A DNA stretch of 64,000 nucleotides from Patescibacteria group bacterium (GTDB taxonomy: Bacteria > Patescibacteriota > Patescibacteriia > XYB2-FULL-38-15). Each line of letters starts with the position of its first letter. Position 1 is the stretch's first letter. Shown in pieces: positions 57,472 to 64,000 of this stretch. The position numbers were made by a program, and so were the translations under genes. Below the pieces are notes generated by a model that saw nothing but the letters and a program-made list of their open reading frames with translations, ran no database searches and had not been told where the DNA came from. The stretch is taken from contig JBAZJZ010000001.1 of NCBI GenBank assembly GCA_041650995.1, forward strand, positions 71,891-135,890, read 5' to 3'.

Positions 57472-57825
57472 ATGCCAGAAGTAGATAAAGAGACAATGAA
57501 AGAGTTAGATGATTGTATAAAGGAGGCAAACACTTGTCGCACGGAATGTTTTAACACAATTCTCGGATACAAATTTTTTATTGAAGGTATTTTTATAGGA
57601 ATTTTAGGAAATATACTCGCTAATTATATCTTCAATGTCTTTGATACGGGAAGTTTATTCTACTATCTATTTATCTACACAGTTACATTTTTTTTCAGCA
57701 TTTTTCTTTTTAAACATTTTAAGAAAGAAAAATTATTTTCAAAAATGTATTGGGAGTTTGAGAGAAAACAAAATGATTTGGGAAATCTTAAAAAACGTAT
57801 TGTTGTAGAAGATAATAAAGAATAA
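57472..57825 (+). CDS. Hypothetical 2-TM membrane protein, AT-rich
   Basis: Two hydrophobic stretches; co-located with the DUF262 gene. Confidence 0.55.
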   Translation: MPEVDKETMKELDDCIKEANTCRTECFNTILGYKFFIEGIFIGILGNILANYIFNVFDTGSLFYYLFIYTVTFFFSIFLFKHFKKEKLFSKMYWEFERKQNDLGNLKKRIVVEDNKE

Positions 57826-57847
57826 AAAATAAATAATCATAAAAAAT

Positions 57848-59779
57848 ATGCCAAAGATTTTAGGTATAGATCTCGGAACTACAAATTCCTGCATGGCCGT
57901 CATTGAAGGTGGCGAGCCGAAAGTGTTGGAAAATAAAGAGGGCGCGAGAACCACGCCTTCGGTTGTCGCTGTAACAAAAAGCGGCGAGAGAATGGTTGGG
58001 CAAATTGCCAAGCGCCAATCGGTGACAAATCCGGAAAACACGCTTTATTCCATTAAGCGTTTAATCGGCCGGAGGTTTGACGACACGGAAGTTCAGCGCG
58101 ACATGAAAGTTTCACCTTTTAAAATTGTTCAGTCCGGAGTCGGCGTGAAAATAAAAATGTCTGACAAAGAATATTCTCCGCAGGAAATTTCCGCCATGGT
58201 TTTGCAAAAAATGAAAAGCGACGCGGAAGAAAAATTAGGAGAAAAAATAGAGGAAGCGGTAATTACCGTGCCGGCTTATTTTGACGACGCGCAGCGCCAG
58301 GCGACGAAAGAAGCCGGAGAAATCGCGGGCTTGAAAGTGCGCCGAATTATTAACGAACCGACTGCCGCGGCCTTGGCATATGGATTGGATAAAAAGAAAG
58401 GCCAGCAGATTGTGGTTTATGATTTGGGCGGCGGAACTTTTGATGTTTCTGTTTTGGATATTGGCCAGGACACGGTGGAAGTAAAATCCACAAACGGCGA
58501 CACGCATTTGGGCGGCGATGATTTTGACCAGAGAATTATTCAGTGGATTTTGGATGAATTCAGAAAAGATCAGGGAATTGATTTATCAAAAGATAATTTG
58601 GCGTTGCAGAGAATTAAAGAAGCGGCGGAAAAAGCAAAAATAGAATTATCAACCGCCATGGAAACAGAAATCAATCAGCCGTTTATTACTTCCGACGCGG
58701 CCGGCCCGAAACACTTGGTAATGAAAATGACGCGAGCAAAATTGGAAGAGCTGGTCGGCGATTTGGTTCAAGCGACTTTGGAGCCGTGCAAAAAAGCATT
58801 AGAGGACGCGAAGATGGATATTAAAGATATTGAAGAAGTGGTAATGGTCGGCGGAATGACGAGAATGCCTTTGGTTCTCCAGACCGTGGAAAACTTTTTT
58901 AGAAAAAAACCAAACTTGTCGGTGAATCCGGATGAAGTCGTGGCGATTGGCGCGGCAGTTCAAGCCGGAGTTTTGCAGGGAGAAGTCCGCGATATTTTAT
59001 TGCTTGATGTCACGCCATTAACTTTGGGTCTTGAAACCTTGGGCGGAGTGTTGACTCCATTGATAAATAGAAATACTACAATCCCGACTTCCAAATCGCA
59101 AGTATTTTCTACGGCGGCTGATGGACAGACATCAGTTGAAATTCATGTTTTGCAAGGCGAACGGCCAATGGCCTCCGACAACAAAACTTTGGGAAGATTT
59201 ATGCTTTCGGGAATTCCTCCTGCGCCGCGCGGCGTGCCGCAGGTGGAAGTTACTTTTGACATTGACGCCAACGGCATTTTAAATGTGAAAGCCAAGGACA
59301 AAGCGACCGGCGTTGAGCAATCAATTACCATTACCGCGTCAACCGGTTTATCAAAAGATGAAATTGAGCGAATGAAAAAAGAAGCCGAGGCGCACGCGGC
59401 CGACGATTTGAAGAAAAAAGAATTAATTGATTTGCGAAACACCGCTGAGACAATAATTTACACCACGGAAAAAATGTTAAAAGACGCGGGCGATAAAGTT
59501 AAGCCCGAAGATAAAAAAGCGATTGAAGAAAAAATGGAAGCGTTGAAAAAAGTGAAGGATAGTGAAGATAAAGAAGCTATTAAAAAAGCGGCTGATGATT
59601 TAGCGCAAACAGCGCAGAAAGTCGGCGCGGCCATGTATCAGCAGCAACAGCCGCCGCAAGGTGGTCCAGCAGCCGGCGGCCCTTCGACAGGCTCAGGGAA
59701 TAATGATGAAAAAAGAGATGAGAAGAAGGATAATAAAAAAGATAAAACAGTAGAAGGGGAATATGAAGAGGTGAAATAA
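57848..59779 (+). CDS. dnaK: Chaperone DnaK
   Basis: [30 protein letters not shown]. Confidence 0.98.
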   Translation: MPKILGIDLGTTNSCMAVIEGGEPKVLENKEGARTTPSVVAVTKSGERMVGQIAKRQSVTNPENTLYSIKRLIGRRFDDTEVQRDMKVSPFKIVQSGVGVKIKMSDKEYSPQEISAMVLQKMKSDAEEKLGEKIEEAVITVPAYFDDAQRQATKEAGEIAGLKVRRIINEPTAAALAYGLDKKKGQQIVVYDLGGGTFDVSVLDIGQDTVEVKSTNGDTHLGGDDFDQRIIQWILDEFRKDQGIDLSKDNLALQRIKEAAEKAKIELSTAMETEINQPFITSDAAGPKHLVMKMTRAKLEELVGDLVQATLEPCKKALEDAKMDIKDIEEVVMVGGMTRMPLVLQTVENFFRKKPNLSVNPDEVVAIGAAVQAGVLQGEVRDILLLDVTPLTLGLETLGGVLTPLINRNTTIPTSKSQVFSTAADGQTSVEIHVLQGERPMASDNKTLGRFMLSGIPPAPRGVPQVEVTFDIDANGILNVKAKDKATGVEQSITITASTGLSKDEIERMKKEAEAHAADDLKKKELIDLRNTAETIIYTTEKMLKDAGDKVKPEDKKAIEEKMEALKKVKDSEDKEAIKKAADDLAQTAQKVGAAMYQQQQPPQGGPAAGGPSTGSGNNDEKRDEKKDNKKDKTVEGEYEEVK

Positions 59780-60856
59780 ATGGCAAAAGATTATTACAAA
59801 ATTTTAGGCGTTTCGAAAAGCGCGTCCGCGGAAGAAATTAAAAAAGCCTTCCGCGAGTTGGCGCACAAATATCATCCGGATAAAAACGGCGGCAACGCTG
59901 ATCAGTTTAAAGAAATAAACGAAGCCTACCAAGTTCTTGGCAATCCGGAGAAACGCCAGCAATACGATCAATTCGGAACCACCTTTGAAAACGCGCAAGG
60001 CCAGGGTGGATTTTCTGGTTTTGACGGCTTCCGGGATTTTTCTGGATTTGCCAATGGTTTTGATATGGGAGATTTGGGAGAGATGTTTGGTTTTGGCGAT
60101 ATTTTTGGCGGCGGGCGGAAGAGGGGGCGAGCAAGCCGCGGCCGGGATATTGAAGTTGAAATGCGCGTTGATTTTCGCGAAGCGATTTTTGGCGCGGAGA
60201 AAATTTTAGAAATGTATAAGCCATCTGTTTGCAAGAATTGCGGCGGGAGCGGCGCTGATCCAAAAAGTAAAATTACCACTTGTCCAAATTGTGGCGGCGC
60301 GGGCCGGGTGCAAGTTGTCCAGCGGACATTTTTAGGAAACATTCAAACCGTCACAACATGTGATAAATGTGGAGGAGTCGGAAAAATTCCGGAAAAAGAA
60401 TGTAGTATCTGCCGTGGCAAGGGCATAGTTCGTGACAGCCAGAAATTAAAAATAAAAATCCCGGCCGGGATTGATGATGGCGAAACAATAAAAATTTCCG
60501 GCGAAGGAGAGGCAGCCGAACACGGCGGAAAATCCGGAGATCTTTTCGTGACGATGCGAGTCGTGCCGGACAAAGAATTCAAAAGAAAGAAAGATGATAT
60601 TTTAAGTAGAGTGGAGATAAATTTTTCGCAGGCGGCGCTTGGCGATAAAATTGAAATAGAAACTTTAGACGGAAAAATTAAATTAACTATTCCAGCCGGA
60701 ACGCAGTCGGGGCAGATTTTTCGTTTGAAAGGGAAAGGCGTGCCGCATTTGAATAGTTACGGTCGCGGAGACCAATTGGTAGAAATTGTGGTGGTCACAC
60801 CGACTAATTTAAACAAGCGACAGAAGGAATTATTGGAAGAATTCGCTGCTAGGTAA
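59780..60856 (+). CDS. dnaJ: Chaperone DnaJ
   Basis: J domain with HPD, G/F region, four CxxCxGxG repeats. Confidence 0.97.
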   Translation: MAKDYYKILGVSKSASAEEIKKAFRELAHKYHPDKNGGNADQFKEINEAYQVLGNPEKRQQYDQFGTTFENAQGQGGFSGFDGFRDFSGFANGFDMGDLGEMFGFGDIFGGGRKRGRASRGRDIEVEMRVDFREAIFGAEKILEMYKPSVCKNCGGSGADPKSKITTCPNCGGAGRVQVVQRTFLGNIQTVTTCDKCGGVGKIPEKECSICRGKGIVRDSQKLKIKIPAGIDDGETIKISGEGEAAEHGGKSGDLFVTMRVVPDKEFKRKKDDILSRVEINFSQAALGDKIEIETLDGKIKLTIPAGTQSGQIFRLKGKGVPHLNSYGRGDQLVEIVVVTPTNLNKRQKELLEEFAAR

Positions 60857-61053
60857 ATTTTATCATTTTAATTGTAAAAATCGTTGCTAAATATCGGCGG
60901 CGGTTTTTTTATTTAAAACTCTTGACAAAACAGAGAAAAAACATTTAAGTATAGTGAGGTTTGCCCAATAGCGGGTAGGCTCGCCTTGCCGTCTAGGCAG
61001 GCTTCGTTCCTTTGAAATTCGCTTCTTGGCCATTGGGCCAAAGGAGAGAAACA

Positions 61054-63072
61054 ATGAAAAAGGTGGTTGTCCTTTTCGTTCTGGTATTCGGGCTCATCCG
61101 AACGGCTTCCGCTTCGGCGGATCAGCCTGCCGATGAGACAGGGGAATCCCAGACCTACCTTGTCCAATGGGGAGATCGGCTGCCTCGGGTGGCAGCGCAA
61201 TTCGGTTTGACCCAGGAAGAGCTTTTGGCAGCCAATCCGCGCTCGGCCTATGGGATGAGCTGCGGTAATCCGCACACAGTCACGTTGCGTAATGGCGAAC
61301 GCCAAGCTCTCTGCGGTCGGCCAAGGCCATACCTCATTGCCGGCAAGACGCTTGTCATTCCCGTGCCCCGCGCCACGCTCCAGACTGAGAGTGTTCGGCT
61401 GAACGCCGAAGTTGTGGCGCTCCGCGCGGAGATGGCTCAATTGCGGAAGGCGCGCGAGACGGAGAAGTCCGAGCTTGCGGCCCTCGCGCAGGAACGCGAC
61501 AATCTCCAGAGCGAGAACGAATCGCTCGTTGCCGCGAAGGCTGAGCTTCAAGGCAAGTACAGCGAATCCCAGGCGGACTTCCGGGCGGTGTTTTCCCGAC
61601 AGCCGAAGCAGATTGAAGTTCAGAAGACGAATTTCAACCACATCGTTTTGGCAGTTGCCGTCACCGCTTTCGTGTTTGTGCTCATCATTCTCGCCATCTT
61701 GTCCCGCAAGGGCAAGAACGAGAAGAAGTTTGATCGCCTTGTCCGGCTTGTCCAGCCGAGCGTTTTGGAACAGGCCGAGAAGAACAAGCAGCGCGGCGCA
61801 GAGCTTGACCAACTAGCGAAGGAACTCGATCAACAGAAGCGAGAGGCAGACGACCTGCAAGCCAAACTGCAAGAGCAGAAGAGCGAGCAGGAGCGTTTGG
61901 GCAATGATCTTGCGACGCGCGAGGCAACCCTGAAGCGGGAGCAAGAAGAACTTGCCACGGCGAAGCGAGCCGTGGAAGAAAGGGAAGCTTTCTGCACCCG
62001 CCGTGATGACGAAATTCATGAAGCCGAGCGCGGACTCCTGGAACGCAGCGAAGCTTTCCGCGGGCATGTCCGGGCCGAAGAAGAACGCCTGAGAACAGAG
62101 AGCGTTGCTGTCGCGCGCGGCAAGGAAGAATTCCTTGCTGCACAGCGCGATCTGGAAGAGAAGAGAGCGCAGGTTGAAGCTGGATTGCGGACTCTTGAAG
62201 AAGATAGTCCCGCGATCCAGAGAGACAGGGAAGAAGCTGATCGGCGCGTCAGAGAAGCCGAGACTCGCGAGGAGAGTGCGAAGCGCGCCGCGGAAGACGC
62301 GGCGCAACGCGTCAGAGAAGCCGAGACTCGCGAAGCTGCGGCCACGAGACAGACAGAAGAAGCAGAAAGTCGAAAGGGCGCCGCAGACGAAGCAGAGAGG
62401 ATTCTCGCTCGCCGCGAAGAGGAAGTTGGGGGCAGGGAAGAAGAACTGCACCGGCTTCAAGATCAACTGAGACAGGAACGAACCGACTTCGAAGGGCAGC
62501 TTGGAGCGGCAGAACATACGCTTGAAGCTGCTGGCGGACTTGAGAAGGCAAAACGCATCATCAGCCGCGCCAAGCGCAAGGAAGAAATTGTTGCGGCTCT
62601 TGATAAGCGGGAGGTAGCTATTGCCGACCGCGAAGAAGTGTGCGCCCACCGCGAACACGAACTCGCCCTTTGGGCAGCGCAACTCGGAGCTCTGGAGGAC
62701 GACACTTCAGACGGGGAGGAAACCGTTCAGCGGCTTACCTTGGGAGCGGATGACACTTTTCAGGACGCCGCTGGGAGCATCACTTGCGCGGCTTGCGGCG
62801 GGAAATTTCCCGATCGCGGCGCGTTCGACGCGCACAAGGCGAGTTGCCCCAAAGCCGCGCCACACACACCGACTATTGTCGGGGCTCCGGCAGGAGGGCG
62901 GGCATCGGTTGTAGCGCCTCCTCCCAAACCGGTCCCGGGTGAGACTGTTCATGACTCTTCGTCGTCTGAACCCGTAGTCTACTGCCAACACTGCAAGGAG
63001 GGGTTTTCTCCCGAGGTCTACGCAGCAGAACACGCAACACACGACGAGGGATTGGCAGGAAAGAAGGGCTAA
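61054..63072 (+). CDS. Secreted LysM domain + TM + long coiled coil + two C-terminal Cys/His zinc-finger-like motifs; GC-rich
   Basis: Signal peptide, YLVQWGDRL..VAAQFGLT.EELLAANP, TM segment, CAACGGKF..H, CQHCKEGF..H; AAGGAG SD. Confidence 0.75.
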   Translation: MKKVVVLFVLVFGLIRTASASADQPADETGESQTYLVQWGDRLPRVAAQFGLTQEELLAANPRSAYGMSCGNPHTVTLRNGERQALCGRPRPYLIAGKTLVIPVPRATLQTESVRLNAEVVALRAEMAQLRKARETEKSELAALAQERDNLQSENESLVAAKAELQGKYSESQADFRAVFSRQPKQIEVQKTNFNHIVLAVAVTAFVFVLIILAILSRKGKNEKKFDRLVRLVQPSVLEQAEKNKQRGAELDQLAKELDQQKREADDLQAKLQEQKSEQERLGNDLATREATLKREQEELATAKRAVEEREAFCTRRDDEIHEAERGLLERSEAFRGHVRAEEERLRTESVAVARGKEEFLAAQRDLEEKRAQVEAGLRTLEEDSPAIQRDREEADRRVREAETREESAKRAAEDAAQRVREAETREAAATRQTEEAESRKGAADEAERILARREEEVGGREEELHRLQDQLRQERTDFEGQLGAAEHTLEAAGGLEKAKRIISRAKRKEEIVAALDKREVAIADREEVCAHREHELALWAAQLGALEDDTSDGEETVQRLTLGADDTFQDAAGSITCAACGGKFPDRGAFDAHKASCPKAAPHTPTIVGAPAGGRASVVAPPPKPVPGETVHDSSSSEPVVYCQHCKEGFSPEVYAAEHATHDEGLAGKKG

Positions 63073-63176
63073 AATAATGGAGGTTACGCCGGACAAGCGA
63101 GCATATCGCGAGTCCGGCGGTTTTTTTATTTGTTTTTTTATGCTATACTTAATAAAGTTAATAAAGTTTATAAATT

Positions 63177-64000
63177 ATGCGCCAAAGACTTTTTTTCATT
63201 TCATTGGTCCTTATTATTTTTAGCATAGCTAGTGGTCTTGGTTTACGTTATGCGCAAGCAATTGCATGGACCGAGCCGTCGGCCCTGCCGCCGGGTGATA
63301 ATGTTCCAGCTCCAATTAATGTTGGCGCGGGGGCGCAAATTAAAACAGGCGATTTAACTATCGGCGGGAATTTTGTTGTTGGAAGCGGAGCAGTTATCGG
63401 CGCCCCAGCTGGCGGAAACATGGGCGCGGGAACTTTGAACGCTGTGCAGCTTTGTATTCAAGGAAATTGCCGTAACAATTGGCCGGAAGCAGTGAGTGCT
63501 TTTGTTGATGAAGGGAATGTTGGTTTCGGTCCAACCGCGGTTTTGGGAACAAATGATAATGTGCCTTTATCTTTGGAAACGAATGGAGTTGGACGAATAC
63601 AGATTGGTGCCGCTGGTAATGTGGGAATTGGGACAACAAATACAGCGTTTAATTTAATGGTTGGCGGAGTGGCTCCGAGAATTTATCTTTTGCCAGCGCC
63701 GGGCAGTAATCCAGAATTTGATTTTGGCAGTCCGGCCATAGATACTCACTGGGCAATTTATCGCGATGTGGCGACAGACCAACTTCGTTTTTGGAGAACT
63801 GATAATAGATTAATTTTAACAAGTGACGGTAATGTCGGCATTGGAACAGATCCTGCTTACAAACTGGACGTAGCCGGACAAATAAACGCAAACACAAATT
63901 TAACGCCGGCGATCAGGGGAGTAAGTACAGCAGGTAATGGCAAGGGAATTTATGGTGAAGCGGCTGCTGCTGCAGGAATTAATTACGGTGTTCATGGAAA
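63177..64000 (+). CDS. Partial secreted fibre/adhesin-like protein (runs off the window)
   Basis: Read by hand: MRQRLFF...AWTEPSALPPGDNVPAPINVG...GNVGIGTT repeats; absent from the ORF track, presumably because it has no stop in the window. Confidence 0.7.
   Translation, partial: MRQRLFFISLVLIIFSIASGLGLRYAQAIAWTEPSALPPGDNVPAPINVGAGAQIKTGDLTIGGNFVVGSGAVIGAPAGGNMGAGTLNAVQLCIQGNCRNNWPEAVSAFVDEGNVGFGPTAVLGTNDNVPLSLETNGVGRIQIGAAGNVGIGTTNTAFNLMVGGVAPRIYLLPAPGSNPEFDFGSPAIDTHWAIYRDVATDQLRFWRTDNRLILTSDGNVGIGTDPAYKLDVAGQINANTNLTPAIRGVSTAGNGKGIYGEAAAAAGINYGVHG

Noticed and set aside
60913-63096. Long minus-strand ORFs (299, 289, 152 aa) opposite the LysM gene, and other antisense ORFs in the track
   Set aside because: Shadow frames of real genes; no motifs

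Overview
AT-rich bacterial chromosome segment in genetic code 11, with almost all genes on the + strand. The gene content suggests Patescibacteria/CPR (Parcubacteria-like): DUF4012, BNR-repeat and PsbP-like lipoproteins, archaeal-type AMP phosphorylase, alpha2-type GlyRS. That assignment is an inference, not a database result. The window holds housekeeping genes (ftsEX, mreB, holB, frr, glyQS, tpiA, fba, rpmG, rlmH, uppP, mgtE, rarA, ftsI-like PBP, murF, yidC, hrcA-grpE-hsp20-dnaK-dnaJ with a CIRCE), several glycosyltransferases and nine tRNAs. The most striking unexplained features are three GC-rich, hairpin-dense non-coding units, each with its own sigma70 promoter and U-tract end: A (about 430 nt, - strand), B (about 260 nt, - strand) and C (about 810 nt, + strand). 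C begins with a tRNA-Pyl-like cloverleaf (CUA) interrupted by a 145-nt insert. The 5' region of A is complementary to segments of both B and C. Also notable: ~105-nt elements ending in GCACCGAGGAGCC that duplicate the 3' ends of two different tRNAs, palindromic repeats inside grpE and dnaK, a ~110-aa insertion in GlyRS, and a GmrSD-like gene inside the heat-shock operon. All structures were read by eye; no folding or database searches were run.
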